The position numbers and the translations under genes are program-made. Positions 32,431 through 44,962 of a stretch of DNA of 64,000 nucleotides are shown here, piece by piece (the stretch's first letter is position 1; each line of letters starts with the position of its first letter). Source of the DNA: an uncultured Clostridium sp. (GTDB taxonomy: Bacteria; Bacillota; Clostridia; TANB77; CAG-508). Below the pieces are notes generated by a model. The model was not told where the DNA came from. It saw only the letters and a list, made by a program, of their open reading frames with translations, and did no database searches. The DNA lies in the NCBI GenBank assembly GCA_946411515.1, contig CAMKEH010000001.1, positions 98,087 to 162,086 of the forward strand, given 5' to 3'.

Positions 32431-35091
32431 TTATTTCAAACTTTCTATAACTTTCTCTAGCATTTGTTTATATTTAGCTAGTTTTTCTTTTTCTTCATTT
32501 ATTTTACTTTCAGGCGCCTTATTTATAAAGCCTGAATTAGATAACATCTTTTCACATCTTGAAACTTCTGCTTCTAATCTTACTTTTTCTTCTTCTAATC
32601 TTTTTCTTTCTTCTTCTAAATCTACTACCCCCTCTAATGGCATGTATAATTCTATGTTGTCTTTTACTATACTTATTGCATCTTCTGGAATTGCTTCTTT
32701 ATCTTCTTTTATTGTTACTTTATTTCCAAATCCTAGTTTTTCTATAAATTCTTTTGCTTCTTCTATTTCTTTTTTATATTTATTAGTTACAAAAATTAAT
32801 TCAACTTTTTTAGAAGGATGTACATTCATTTTTGCTCTTACATTTCTAATTTCTACGATTATTTCTTTTATAGTTTCAATAAATTTTTCTTCTTCATCAA
32901 AAACAAATTCTTTTCTAATGTCTGGCCATTTTGCAACTATTAAATCTTTAGTTCCAAAAACAATTAAATTAGGATAAATCTCAGCTGTAATAAATGGCAT
33001 AAATGGATGTAATAATTTTAGTGATGATGCTAAAATATGGCTTAATACATCACTTACTGGAACTTTAATAGAATCATCATCACTATAAATTCTAGTTTTA
33101 CACATTTCTATATACCAATCACAGAATTCGTTCCAAATAAAGTTATATATTTTGTCTATTGCAACTCCTAATTCATAGTTTTCTAAATTTCTAGTTACTT
33201 CTACTACTAACTTATCAAATTTATTTAAAATCCATTTATCTTCTATTCTAAAACATTCTGGATTATATTTCTTTTCTTTTTCAAAAGCTTCATAACAGAA
33301 TTTTTTTACTTTTTCTTCATCTGCTAAATTACTACTTACAAATTTAGCTGCATTCCAAATTTTATTTGCAAAGTTTGATGCTTGTTCTAGTTTTTCTGGC
33401 ATGTATTTAATATCATTTCCCATTGTTGTTCCAGATAGTACAGAAAATCTTAAGGCATCAGCACCATATTTATCAATTACATCTAATGGATCAATTCCAT
33501 TTCCTAATGTTTTTGACATTTTACGTCCTTGACTATCTCTTATTATTCCATGTATTAAAACATCTTTAAATGGTTCTGTATCTGTAAATTCTAATCCTTG
33601 TGTCATCATTCTAGATACCCAAAATGTTATAATATCAAATCCTGTAACTAATACATTTGTAGGATAATATCTTTTATAATCTTCATTTTCAGTATTTGGC
33701 CAACCAAGTGTTGAAAACGGCCATAAAGCTGAACTAAACCATGTATCTAATGTATCTTCATCTTGATGTAATTTTGTACTTCCACATTTTTCACATTTCC
33801 CTGGCATTTCTTTTGCTACATTTATATGTCCACATTCATCACAATAATATGCAGGTATTCTATGTCCCCACCATAATTGTCTTGATATACACCAGTCTTG
33901 AATATTATCAAGCCAATTAAAATATTGTTTTTCATATCTTTTTGGAATAAATTTAGTATTTCCATTTCTTACAGAATCAGCTGCTCTTTTTGCTAAATCT
34001 TTCATAGAAACAAACCATTGCATTGAAACTTTTGGCTCTATTGTTGTTTTACATCTTTCACATTTAGCAACATTATGAGTATAGTCTTCTGTATTTACTA
34101 GATTTCCTGATTGTTCTAACATTTCTACTATTTTTTTACGAGCATCTAGTAATTCCATACCTTTTAGTTCAGGTAGTAAATCACCCATTTTGTAATCTTC
34201 ATCAAATACTTCTATGATTTCTAGATTATGTCTTAAACCTGCTTGATAGTCGTTCATATCATGTGCAGGTGTAATTTTAACACATCCTGTTCCAAAGTCT
34301 TTTTCTACAAATTCATCTGCAATTATAGGTATTTCTTTATTCATTAATGGTAATATACATTTTTTGCCTATTATATCTTTATATCTTTCATCATCTGGAT
34401 GAACTGCAACAGCAGTATCTCCAAGCATTGTTTCTGGTCTTGTAGTTGCAACTTCTATATATTTCCCACTTTCACCTACTATTTCATATCTTATATGCCA
34501 TAAATGTGATGGTTCTTCATGATATTCTACTTCTGCATCTGAAATAGAAGTTTTACAACTTGGACAATAATTTACCATTCTTGTTCCTTTATATATTAAA
34601 CCTTTTTCATATAGTCTAACAAATTGCTCAAGAACAGCTTCACTCATTCCTTCGTCCATAGTAAATCTATTTTTAGACCAATCACAAGAACATCCTAGTT
34701 TTCTTTGTTGTTTTTGGATTATTCCTCCATATTTATGAGTCCAATCCCAAGTTTCTTCTAAGAATTTTTCTCTTCCTATTTCTTGTTTTGTTTTTCCTTC
34801 TTCTCTTAATTTTTGAACAACCTTCATTTCAGTTGAAATTGCTGCATGATCACTTCCTGGAAGCCATAGAACATCATATCCCATCATTCTTTTAAAACGA
34901 ATTAAAACATCTTGAATAGTATCATCTAGGGCATGTCCCATATGTAATTTACCTGTTACATTTGGTGGAGGCATCATTATGCAGTAAGGTTCTTTATTCT
35001 TATCATTACTTGGTTTAAAATATCCCTTTTCCTCCCATTCTTGATACAATTTTTCTTCAAATTCTTTTGGATTGTACTTATTGTTTAACAT
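32431..35091 (-). CDS. valS: valine--tRNA ligase
   Basis: 886 aa class I aaRS with HMGH and KMSKT(S) motifs and C-terminal coiled coil. Confidence 0.9.
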   Translation of the reverse strand: MLNNKYNPKEFEEKLYQEWEEKGYFKPSNDKNKEPYCIMMPPPNVTGKLHMGHALDDTIQDVLIRFKRMMGYDVLWLPGSDHAAISTEMKVVQKLREEGKTKQEIGREKFLEETWDWTHKYGGIIQKQQRKLGCSCDWSKNRFTMDEGMSEAVLEQFVRLYEKGLIYKGTRMVNYCPSCKTSISDAEVEYHEEPSHLWHIRYEIVGESGKYIEVATTRPETMLGDTAVAVHPDDERYKDIIGKKCILPLMNKEIPIIADEFVEKDFGTGCVKITPAHDMNDYQAGLRHNLEIIEVFDEDYKMGDLLPELKGMELLDARKKIVEMLEQSGNLVNTEDYTHNVAKCERCKTTIEPKVSMQWFVSMKDLAKRAADSVRNGNTKFIPKRYEKQYFNWLDNIQDWCISRQLWWGHRIPAYYCDECGHINVAKEMPGKCEKCGSTKLHQDEDTLDTWFSSALWPFSTLGWPNTENEDYKRYYPTNVLVTGFDIITFWVSRMMTQGLEFTDTEPFKDVLIHGIIRDSQGRKMSKTLGNGIDPLDVIDKYGADALRFSVLSGTTMGNDIKYMPEKLEQASNFANKIWNAAKFVSSNLADEEKVKKFCYEAFEKEKKYNPECFRIEDKWILNKFDKLVVEVTRNLENYELGVAIDKIYNFIWNEFCDWYIEMCKTRIYSDDDSIKVPVSDVLSHILASSLKLLHPFMPFITAEIYPNLIVFGTKDLIVAKWPDIRKEFVFDEEEKFIETIKEIIVEIRNVRAKMNVHPSKKVELIFVTNKYKKEIEEAKEFIEKLGFGNKVTIKEDKEAIPEDAISIVKDNIELYMPLEGVVDLEEERKRLEEEKVRLEAEVSRCEKMLSNSGFINKAPESKINEEKEKLAKYKQMLEKVIESLK

Positions 35092-35104
35092 ATAAATTCC
35101 TCCT

Positions 35105-35365
35105 TTAATATTAAAAAACTCGCCTTTATGTTATAAACATAAGGGCGAGCATAACTCACGGTACCACCTTAATTATCATTTTTATTAATGATATCTCTTT
35201 ATACTTTTAACGCAAGCAAACGGATAATCTTAAGGTTATTTTCGGATTATCAACTCCAAAGTTACTTTCTACTTATCTTTATTTTAGAAGCTTACAGCCT
35301 TTGACTTCTATTCTCTTTAAATCAGTTTTAAGTATACTTATCTTTTTCACAGTTTTTATTTTTCT
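35105..35365 (-). promoter_or_regulatory. T-box riboswitch leader (Val specifier GUC) of valS
   Basis: Minus strand has T-box sequence AATTAAGGTGGTACCGTGAG (35156-35176), terminator GCTCGCCCTT...AAAGGCGAG plus T-run, AGAGA motif and GAAGUCA specifier-like loop; promoter-like TTATATAAT near 35370. Confidence 0.75.
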
Positions 35366-35436
35366 ACTTAAATTTATAGTATTATATAACTTTTTTTGTT
35401 ATTTGTCTAGTATTAAAGACATATTTTGATAAATAA

Positions 35437-35772
35437 TTAATACCAATATGCTAGTTTTATAAATGAATTCATTAATTTTGTTTGTTCTTCAAGTTCTTCT
35501 TTAGTTGATACATTATATCTTTTTCCTTTTATATTTCTTGATTCTAAAGTCCATAAAAAGGCTTTTAGCCTAGGGAAAACATTTATATTGTCTTCTATAA
35601 AGTATAGTAAGTCTGATAGTTTTTTATATAGTTCACTTTCTTTTTCTTTTTCAAAAGTATATTTATCTATGTCTATTATTAATTCAAATGGTTTGGCTAT
35701 TTTAAATCTATAACTTTCATCATCTATTGAACTTATAAAATTCTTATAGCTTTCAACAAAAATTCTATACAT
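35437..35772 (-). CDS. hypothetical protein (111 aa), overlaps upstream gene by 8 nt
   Basis: ORF only. Confidence 0.35.
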   Translation of the reverse strand: MYRIFVESYKNFISSIDDESYRFKIAKPFELIIDIDKYTFEKEKESELYKKLSDLLYFIEDNINVFPRLKAFLWTLESRNIKGKRYNVSTKEELEEQTKLMNSFIKLAYWY

Positions 35773-36271
35773 TGTATTTCTCCCTAAAAACTTTTAATTT
35801 CTTAATAAATTCTGTTTTCTTGCTTTCAAACAAATCATCTCTATTTATGATTTCATCTATTATATTATTTATTAATTCTTTATTGCATTTTGGTATTAAT
35901 TCATCTAAATCTTCTATATCTTTATTTGCTAATCTTATAATTTTACTAACTACTATGTCTTCTTTTGAAAGAATATATACATTTATATATTTAAATTCTT
36001 CTAATTTTATTGCTCTTTTTTTATAATTTGGTGATAATAAAGTACTTTGATATTCAAGCATATCATAATCTCTTAGTAAAGTAAAAACTTTACCATATTT
36101 TGCAGGATACCCTAAATCAACAAAATCTATATCTAAAGTTGCTCTAGTAGTATATTCACCTAAGATGCAAGCTCCCCCACCTATTAAATATATATCAAAT
36201 GGTTCTAGTTTAAATAGTTTTGTTACTTCTTCCATTTGAATTAATACTTCTATAAGATTGTCTTTTAACAT
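35765..36271 (-). CDS. putative nucleotidyltransferase-fold protein (168 aa)
   Basis: Weak resemblance to NTase fold (DIYLIGGGACILGEYTTRATLDIDFV); family assignment uncertain. Confidence 0.35.
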   Translation of the reverse strand: MLKDNLIEVLIQMEEVTKLFKLEPFDIYLIGGGACILGEYTTRATLDIDFVDLGYPAKYGKVFTLLRDYDMLEYQSTLLSPNYKKRAIKLEEFKYINVYILSKEDIVVSKIIRLANKDIEDLDELIPKCNKELINNIIDEIINRDDLFESKKTEFIKKLKVFREKYNV

Positions 36272-36329
36272 ACTAACCTCTCTTTCAATAGTATTATATA
36301 ATTTTTAATAGTATTTTTCAATAATTTTA

Positions 36330-37658
<1,329 letters not shown>

Positions 37659-37705
37659 CTAAATTAAAGCTATTTACCTTTCTTTAGTAAATAGCTTATT
37701 AAATC

Positions 37706-38353
37706 TTATTTTTCCTCATAATCAGCTGGTATTTCAAATAGATTTCTATCTATATTATCAGATATAGTTATTTTTAATAATTCTTGTTTTTGGTCTGCTA
37801 TTGTTTTTATATAATCTAATTTATCTCCACTAAAATAAAATCTTGTTTTTATTTGTTTTACACCTTCTAAATCCATTATTACAAAATCAGTTGATCTAGA
37901 TATTTCTACATATGTATATGTTTTATTATCAATATTTTCTTTTCCCACTTCATATTCTAAATCTTTTACTTCTTCTAATGTGTCTTCTATTTTATTTAAA
38001 TTTGTATCATTATTTTTGTAAATATAATAAGCTTTTTCATCATCTTTTAAAAGATAAGTATTTTCATCTTTGACAATTATTTTCATTTCATTTCCATCTG
38101 TTATTTCTTCTAAATATGCTTGATTTGATTGTTTTACAAAAAATGTTTTATTATCCTTATCTAATTTGGCTTCAAAACTATATCCTGATTTTTCTTTTAA
38201 ACTTTCATATAGTTTATCTATTTTTTCTCCTTCATTTTGTTTTACAGCTTGTGGTTTAATAAAATAGAATATTACACCAATAACTATAATTATAATTGCA
38301 ATTATTGATGATATAAGTATTATATTTTTATTTTGACATTTTTTCTCTGACAT
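37706..38353 (-). CDS. hypothetical membrane-anchored protein (N-terminal TM)
   Basis: 215 aa ORF; terminator hairpin AAGCTATTTAC..GTAAATAGCTT at 37650-37690. Confidence 0.45.
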   Translation of the reverse strand: MSEKKCQNKNIILISSIIAIIIIVIGVIFYFIKPQAVKQNEGEKIDKLYESLKEKSGYSFEAKLDKDNKTFFVKQSNQAYLEEITDGNEMKIIVKDENTYLLKDDEKAYYIYKNNDTNLNKIEDTLEEVKDLEYEVGKENIDNKTYTYVEISRSTDFVIMDLEGVKQIKTRFYFSGDKLDYIKTIADQKQELLKITISDNIDRNLFEIPADYEEK

Positions 38354-38395
38354 ATCAATTCCTCCTTCGTATTAATTACCTTATTATAACAATAA

Positions 38396-39115
38396 TTAAA
38401 TATAAATTCCTATTAATGAAAGAATTATGTAAGCAGCATAATATATAGCTTCTACTATTAAAAATTTATAAAAGAATTCTGAGTCTTTCTTATTTCCAAA
38501 TACATTTTTCAATGTAAAATACATTAATACTGTTGATATTATACCTGCAAATATTTTTACTGGTGATGTTATTTTTATTGCAAATGGTCCAATCATACTT
38601 AATAAAGATATAACTTCAGCTGCTACAACTGGTATTTTTGCAATTGTAACTCCTGATAATACTGTTAAGAATGACTTTTTATTTTGTTTATTAAATAAGA
38701 ATGCTATTAAAGTCATAATTAATACTGCAACTGTAGGTGTTATTAATGCAAGGAAAATTGAAAGTATTGCTGACCCTATACTTGTTGAAAATCCTAATAA
38801 ATTAGAAAATCCTGTAAATATCTTAAAGAATACTCCTCTTTGTGAATATATGGCTAAAATTAAATCTACTACTGTCCATATAGCAAGTATAATAAGAGCA
38901 TATTTAAAATATTTACCATTATTTTCTTTAACCATATCTTGTATTTTGTCAATTGGATTTTTAAATAATTCTTTAATAAATCCTTTTGCAGCTTTTCCTT
39001 CTTTTTTCATATCTACATTTTTAAAATTATCTTTTACTTCATTTACAACTGTTGAAGCATCTTTTTTTAATTCTTCTGTATTAATGACAGATTCTTCTTT
39101 CTTTTCTTCTGACAT
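38396..39115 (-). CDS. Yip1-like multi-pass membrane protein
   Basis: 239 aa with soluble N-terminus and 5 TM helices in the Yip1/DUF1282 pattern. Confidence 0.5.
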   Translation of the reverse strand: MSEEKKEESVINTEELKKDASTVVNEVKDNFKNVDMKKEGKAAKGFIKELFKNPIDKIQDMVKENNGKYFKYALIILAIWTVVDLILAIYSQRGVFFKIFTGFSNLLGFSTSIGSAILSIFLALITPTVAVLIMTLIAFLFNKQNKKSFLTVLSGVTIAKIPVVAAEVISLLSMIGPFAIKITSPVKIFAGIISTVLMYFTLKNVFGNKKDSEFFYKFLIVEAIYYAAYIILSLIGIYI

Positions 39116-39174
39116 TTTAAATTCCTCCTTTTTAAATTTTGTTATTTATATAGTATTTATTATTACTACCAAAA

Positions 39175-40320
39175 TTAATCTCCTAGGTTTATACCTATGT
39201 TTCTTGCTGTTTTTACTAAATCATCATCCATTTCTACTTTTCTTAAATTACTTTCTTCAGTGTTTCCTGATACTGCTCCAATTTTAGTATTGTTTCCAAC
39301 AACATCTTCTAAAGATGCATAATCTAATTTTCCATTTTTTATTACTGCTAATGTTCCAAATTTTCCTTCTAGTGCAAGTTCCATAGCTTTAGATCCATAT
39401 TTTGTAGATAATACTCTGTCAAAAGCTGTTGGAGTTCCTCCTCTTTGCATATATCCTAAAGTTGTATTTCTTGCTTCTAATCCTGTTATTTCTTCTAATT
39501 GTTTAGCTACAACTTGTCCTACACCACCTAGTTTTGTATTGTCAACTCCTGCACCATTATTTCTTACATTTTGCACTACCATTTCTCCATTCTTTGGTTT
39601 TGCTCCTTCTGCAACAACTACAATACTAAAGTTCTTTCCTCTTTTTCTTCTATTTTCTATTTTGCTTGCTACTTTATTTATATCATAAGGTATTTCAGGG
39701 ATTAATGCTACATCTCCTCCTCCTGCTATTGCTGCTTCTAATGCAATCCAACCTGCATATCTTCCCATTACTTCTAATACCATTATTCTATGATGTGTTT
39801 CACCTGTTGTGTGTAATCTATCTAATGCCTCCATTGCAACTGATACTGCTGTATTATATCCAAATGTTATATCAGTACAAGCAACATCATTGTCTATTGT
39901 TTTTGGAACACCTATTACATTTACACCTTTTACAGAAAAATCTCTTGCTGATTTTTGGGTTCCATCTCCACCTAGTGTAAATATACAGTCAAATCCAAAA
40001 TCTTTTATATTTTTAATTGCTTCTTCTGATACATCTTTATATTCTACACTTCCATCTTCATTTACTATTTTATAATTAAATAAGTTAGCATTTGTAGATG
40101 AACCTATTATTGAACCACCCTTTGGCAAAATTCCTTTTGCTCCTCCATTTGCATCTGTTGTTAATTTTATAAAATCTTTTTTTATTAATCCATTATATCC
40201 ATCAACTATTCCGTAGCATTCTACTCCATGATTTTCTGCAGTTTTTACTATTCCTCTAATTACTGCATTAAACCCAGCTACATCTCCACCATTTGCTAAT
40301 ATTCCTACTTTTTTTAACAT
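39175..40320 (-). CDS. pfkA: 6-phosphofructokinase
   Basis: 381 aa with GGDGT, MGR and ALIPEIPYD PFK motifs. Confidence 0.8.
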   Translation of the reverse strand: MLKKVGILANGGDVAGFNAVIRGIVKTAENHGVECYGIVDGYNGLIKKDFIKLTTDANGGAKGILPKGGSIIGSSTNANLFNYKIVNEDGSVEYKDVSEEAIKNIKDFGFDCIFTLGGDGTQKSARDFSVKGVNVIGVPKTIDNDVACTDITFGYNTAVSVAMEALDRLHTTGETHHRIMVLEVMGRYAGWIALEAAIAGGGDVALIPEIPYDINKVASKIENRRKRGKNFSIVVVAEGAKPKNGEMVVQNVRNNGAGVDNTKLGGVGQVVAKQLEEITGLEARNTTLGYMQRGGTPTAFDRVLSTKYGSKAMELALEGKFGTLAVIKNGKLDYASLEDVVGNNTKIGAVSGNTEESNLRKVEMDDDLVKTARNIGINLGD

Positions 40321-40457
40321 AATCTTCCTCCAAAACTATTCTACTTCTATATTATACCAATAATTTCAATTTTTACAACAGTTTTGTAAAATTTTTTATA
40401 AAATAAATTATAATTATACATAGTATAAGACCTAGTATAAACTAGGCCTCTAATTTA

Positions 40458-43400
40458 CTATTTTACAACTTGAACTTGTATTTTTAAGTTTTCGCCATTT
40501 ATGTTTGTATCTACATAAGAAATGTTTTCTTCATTATATAAAACTTTTAAAGCTAAAGTATCATGTTTAATTAATTCTTCATTTTTCTTTATTACTTCTT
40601 CTAGCATTTCATTTCCAGATACATATAAATTGATATTATCTAAAACTTCAAATCCATTATCTTTTCTCATATTTTGTACTTTTGATAATATTTCACGTAC
40701 ATATCCTTCTTCTTTTAGTTCTGGAGTAATATGTGTATCTAATACAACACCAATTTCTCCTTCACCACTAAATGCATATCCTTCTTTTCCTTGCATTGTA
40801 ATTAGAAGATTTTCAGAATTTAATCCTATTTGTGTATCATCAATTTCAATATATTCCACTCCACCATTTTTTACAGTGTTAGCTAAATCCATTTGATTTT
40901 TCTTTGAAATTTCTTCTTTAATTCTTGGTATTAATTTTCCATATTCTTTACCTAAAACTGGTAAATTTGGTTTTATTTCAAAGTTTACATACTCTGACAT
41001 TTCTGCTCCAAGTTCTATTTGTTTTACATTTAATTCTTCTTTTACTATATCTTCATAGTATTTTGGAAGTGTATCAATTGAAATTAGCATTTCTGATAAT
41101 GGTTGTCTGTTTTTTATATTTGCTGAATTTCTTGCGCTTCTTCCAAGTTTTACAATCTTATATGCTAAATCCATTTCTTTTTCTAGTTCACTATCTATTG
41201 CTGAGCTATCTACTTCTGGCCATAGACATAAATGTACACTTTCTGGCGCATTTTTATCTAATCCTACAACTAAATTTTGATATATTTCATCTGTCATAAA
41301 TGGTACAAATGGTGCTGCAACTTTTATTAATGTAGTAAGTACTTTATATAATGTACAATATGCTCCTATTTTTTCGTCTGTAAGCTTAGTTAACCAAAAT
41401 CTTTCTCTGTTTCTACGTACATACCAATTAGAAAGTTCATCTGTAAAGTTTTCTATTAGAGTTGCAGCAAGTGTTATGTCATAATGTTCTAGTTTTTCAT
41501 CTACTTCTTTAACTAATGTATTTAGTTTAGAAATTATCCATTTATCCATTGCATTATCTGATTTATAATTACTATATTCTAATGGATTAAATTTATCTAT
41601 TTCTGCATATAAAACATAGAATGAATATACATTCCATAAAGTAGATAAAAATCCTCTTTGTGTTTCTTGTACATTTCCAAGTCCTAATCTTGTTGGAAGC
41701 CATGGTGCTGAGCATGTATAGAAATGCCATCTAGTTGCATCTGCTCCTACTTCATTTAATAGTGTCATTGGATCTACGCCATTTCCTTTTGATTTCGACA
41801 TCTTTTGTCCTTTTTCATCTAGAACATGACCTAAAACTATACAGTTCTCAAAAGGTGTTCTTCCAAATAGAGCTGTTCCAATAGCTGTTAATGTATAGAA
41901 CCATCCTCTTGTTTGATCAACAGCTTCTGAAATAAATCCTGCTGGGAAGTTATTATCAAACATTTCTTTATTTTCAAATGGATAATGCCATTGTGCAAAA
42001 GGCATTGAACCCGAATCAAACCAGCAATCAATTACTTCTTTTGCTCTTTTCATTTTTTTACCACATTTAGGGCATTTTAAATATACATTATCAATATATG
42101 GTTTATGTAGTTCTATGTCTTCTGGTACATCTATTCCTTTTTCTTTTAATTCTTCAATAGAACCTATACATTCTTGATGATTACATTCTTCATCTTCACA
42201 AGTCCAAACTGGAAGTGGTGTTCCCCAATATCTATCTCTTGAAATTCCCCAGTCAATTACATTTTCTAGGAATTTTCCAAATCTTCCTGTTCTAATTGTG
42301 TCTGGATACCAGTTAACTTTGTTGTTATTTGCAACTAATTCATTTCTTAATTTGCTCATTGCAACAAACCAACTCTCTTTTGGATAATAAAGAAGTGGTG
42401 TATCACATCTCCAGCAATGTGGATATGAATGCATGTGTTTTTCTTTACTAAATAATTTGTTTTCTTGGGCTAACCACTTACAAATATCTTCGTTACAATC
42501 TCTAACAAACTTTCCTGCCCAAGGTTCTACTTCTTTTACAAACTTTCCTGATTTATCAACTAAGTTTACAAATGTAATTCCATTTTGTTTTGATACTAAA
42601 CTATCATCTTCACCATATGCTGGAGCAATATGTACAATTCCTGTACCATCTTCAAGATTTACATAGTCCCCATGAATTACTACAAACGCTTTTCCATCTA
42701 CTTTTGCAAAAGGCATTAATTGTTCATATTTTAATCCTAAAAGTTCTTCTCCTTTAAATGTTTTTGTAATTTCATATTCTTTATCTTTTAAAACTTTTTC
42801 TACTAAATCTTTTGCTAAAATATATTTTTCATATTGAGCTTCTTCATCTTCTTTTGCTACATTTACTTTAACTAAAACATATTCATAAGCTTTATTTATA
42901 CAAAGAGCTAAGTTAGAAGGTAATGTCCATGGTGTTGTTGTCCATGCTAAGAAATATGTATCTTTTTCAAATCCTTGATTCTCTAATACTTTAAATTTAG
43001 CAACACAAGTTAAATCTTTTACATCTTTATATCCTTGTGCTACTTCATGTGAAGATAAAGCTGTTCCACATCTTGGACAATATGGCATAACTTTATGTCC
43101 TTCATATAAAAGACCTTTATCCCACATTTGTTTTAATGCCCACCAAACAGATTCAATATAATTATTATGGTATGTTACATATGGATTTTCCATATCAACC
43201 CAAAATCCTACTTTGTTTGTCATTTCTTCCCACATACTTACATATGTAAAAACACTATCTTTACATTCTTTAACAAACTTTTCTACACCATATTCTTCTA
43301 TTTGTTCTTTTCCTGATATTCCTAATTTCTTTTCTATTTCAAGTTCTACTGGAAGTCCATGAGTATCCCATCCTGCTTTACGAATAACTTTGTACCCTTT

Positions 43401-43622
43401 CATAACTTTGTATCTTGGGATTATATCTTTCATAACCCTAGTTTCTATGTGACCAACATGTGGTTTTCCATTTGCTGTAGGTGGTCCATCATAAAAAGTA
43501 AAATATCTTTTACCTTCATTCATAGCAAAATTTTTCTTTATTATGTTTTTTTCTTTCCAAGTTTTTGCAACTTCGTTTTCCATTCCCACAAATCCATTTT
43601 TTAGTTCTACTTTCTTATACAT
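40458..43622 (-). CDS. ileS: isoleucine--tRNA ligase
   Basis: 1054 aa with HVGH-type ([10 protein letters not shown]) and KMSKSKGN motifs and Zn-binding CPRCG/CWRCD. Confidence 0.9.
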   Translation of the reverse strand: MYKKVELKNGFVGMENEVAKTWKEKNIIKKNFAMNEGKRYFTFYDGPPTANGKPHVGHIETRVMKDIIPRYKVMKGYKVIRKAGWDTHGLPVELEIEKKLGISGKEQIEEYGVEKFVKECKDSVFTYVSMWEEMTNKVGFWVDMENPYVTYHNNYIESVWWALKQMWDKGLLYEGHKVMPYCPRCGTALSSHEVAQGYKDVKDLTCVAKFKVLENQGFEKDTYFLAWTTTPWTLPSNLALCINKAYEYVLVKVNVAKEDEEAQYEKYILAKDLVEKVLKDKEYEITKTFKGEELLGLKYEQLMPFAKVDGKAFVVIHGDYVNLEDGTGIVHIAPAYGEDDSLVSKQNGITFVNLVDKSGKFVKEVEPWAGKFVRDCNEDICKWLAQENKLFSKEKHMHSYPHCWRCDTPLLYYPKESWFVAMSKLRNELVANNNKVNWYPDTIRTGRFGKFLENVIDWGISRDRYWGTPLPVWTCEDEECNHQECIGSIEELKEKGIDVPEDIELHKPYIDNVYLKCPKCGKKMKRAKEVIDCWFDSGSMPFAQWHYPFENKEMFDNNFPAGFISEAVDQTRGWFYTLTAIGTALFGRTPFENCIVLGHVLDEKGQKMSKSKGNGVDPMTLLNEVGADATRWHFYTCSAPWLPTRLGLGNVQETQRGFLSTLWNVYSFYVLYAEIDKFNPLEYSNYKSDNAMDKWIISKLNTLVKEVDEKLEHYDITLAATLIENFTDELSNWYVRRNRERFWLTKLTDEKIGAYCTLYKVLTTLIKVAAPFVPFMTDEIYQNLVVGLDKNAPESVHLCLWPEVDSSAIDSELEKEMDLAYKIVKLGRSARNSANIKNRQPLSEMLISIDTLPKYYEDIVKEELNVKQIELGAEMSEYVNFEIKPNLPVLGKEYGKLIPRIKEEISKKNQMDLANTVKNGGVEYIEIDDTQIGLNSENLLITMQGKEGYAFSGEGEIGVVLDTHITPELKEEGYVREILSKVQNMRKDNGFEVLDNINLYVSGNEMLEEVIKKNEELIKHDTLALKVLYNEENISYVDTNINGENLKIQVQVVK

Positions 43623-43642
43623 TAAAATTCCTCCTTTAAATT

Positions 43643-43888
43643 TTATTTATTTAAACTTTCTATATTTTGTAGTTCAAATCTATATTTTTGTTTTACATTT
43701 GGATATTTTTCATGATCCACCTCTGATGCAAACATATCATATGGTCTTGCATATAGTGTACAATCTCCATATAATCCTCTATAAATAACTAATTTTTCTT
43801 TTGATTCACTGTGTATTGCAATATCTTCTACTAAATACAAATCTCCTTTAAAATGTTTGTAAACTGAATTTACCTTAATCTCTTGCAC
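43643..43888 (-). CDS. DUF1653 family protein
   Basis: 81 aa; [33 protein letters not shown]...YARPYDMF matches the DUF1653 signature; cotranscribed with ileS. Confidence 0.55.
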   Translation of the reverse strand: MQEIKVNSVYKHFKGDLYLVEDIAIHSESKEKLVIYRGLYGDCTLYARPYDMFASEVDHEKYPNVKQKYRFELQNIESLNK

Positions 43889-43899
43889 TTTTATTCCTC

Positions 43900-44180
43900 C
43901 TTTATCATTATTTTATACAATCAAAAAAGCTATTTACATCCTATACATTTAGGACGAAATAGCTTTGAATTCCGCGGTACCACCTAAGTTAGTGTATCTA
44001 TATCAATATACAATCCACTCTCTTAATTTCCTTTAACGCAGGATTACGACTAGCTTAATTAAAATTTTGGGCTAGTTACAAACTAAGGTGATAATAAATA
44101 ATTTTTACTTACCAAACTCACACCAACCTTTGGCTCTCTTTAAGATATTACATTATTTATCGTGTCCTTGTTACAAGTAT
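43900..44180 (-). promoter_or_regulatory. T-box riboswitch leader (probable Ile specifier) upstream of DUF1653-ileS
   Basis: Minus strand AACTTAGGTGGTACCGCGGAATTC T-box sequence (43966-43989), terminator AAGCTATTT..AAATAGCTT plus T-run, AGAGA motif, candidate AUCA specifier; TTGCAA-N16-TGtTATAAT promoter near 44185-44225. Confidence 0.65.
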
Positions 44181-44355
44181 TTAACGTTTATTTGTTAAAT
44201 ATTATAACACAATTTTTAAATTTTGCAATAGTTTATTTTATTTTTGTTGCTATTTTATGTATATTATTGCTTATATTTATATCTATACTTCTACTTTTAT
44301 TATTTTATTTATTAATATATTTATTACTTCATTTATTTCTTTGTTTAATTTTTAA

Positions 44356-44781
44356 TTAAGTATTATAAGCATACAAACCATCATCACTTATCTTTGATTT
44401 CCATTCTTCTAAACTAGTTATTCTAGAGTTTTGAAAATCTATTCTTTTAGCATATGCTTTTAATAATTGTCTAAATTCTGCATGTTCAATATCATTTACC
44501 ATATTTGCAGCATTAATTTTCATAAACTGAGTATCCATATAATTACGCATATCTTTAAACTGACTATCAATACTTTTTTGCATACTATCCAAGATATTTA
44601 TAATATCTCTTCTGTCTTTAATTCTACCTTCTTCTAATCTAGAAACTCTTTCATCTAAAGAATCAATTTTCATATCATTTTGTTCCCAACGTTTTTCATT
44701 TTCTTCCCAACGTTTATTATTTTCTGCTCTAAATTCTCTTAATTCCTCTAAAACTGTCATTAAAGTTACATTTTTACTCAT
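44356..44781 (-). CDS. hypothetical coiled-coil protein (141 aa)
   Basis: ORF with GGAGG-like RBS. Confidence 0.35.
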   Translation of the reverse strand: MSKNVTLMTVLEELREFRAENNKRWEENEKRWEQNDMKIDSLDERVSRLEEGRIKDRRDIINILDSMQKSIDSQFKDMRNYMDTQFMKINAANMVNDIEHAEFRQLLKAYAKRIDFQNSRITSLEEWKSKISDDGLYAYNT

Positions 44782-44962
44782 AATATCACCTCCTTTTTAT
44801 TGTAATTAATAAGTAAATTTTGTCTTTTGTTTATTGTTGATATTTAATCATAAGTTTTAGTTTATGTCCAATTTAAAAAAGGCAGAATTTGATTACTATT
44901 TATCATTTTCCTACCTTTTTTACCTATTTATTTAATTAAATCTCACTATTTCATTTTTTGTT

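Noticed and set aside
39666-41299. Leu/Phe-rich plus-strand ORFs inside pfkA and ileS (and many similar ones across the window)
   Set aside because: These are typical antisense open frames in AT-rich DNA opposite real genes. The composition is low-complexity and they have no signals.
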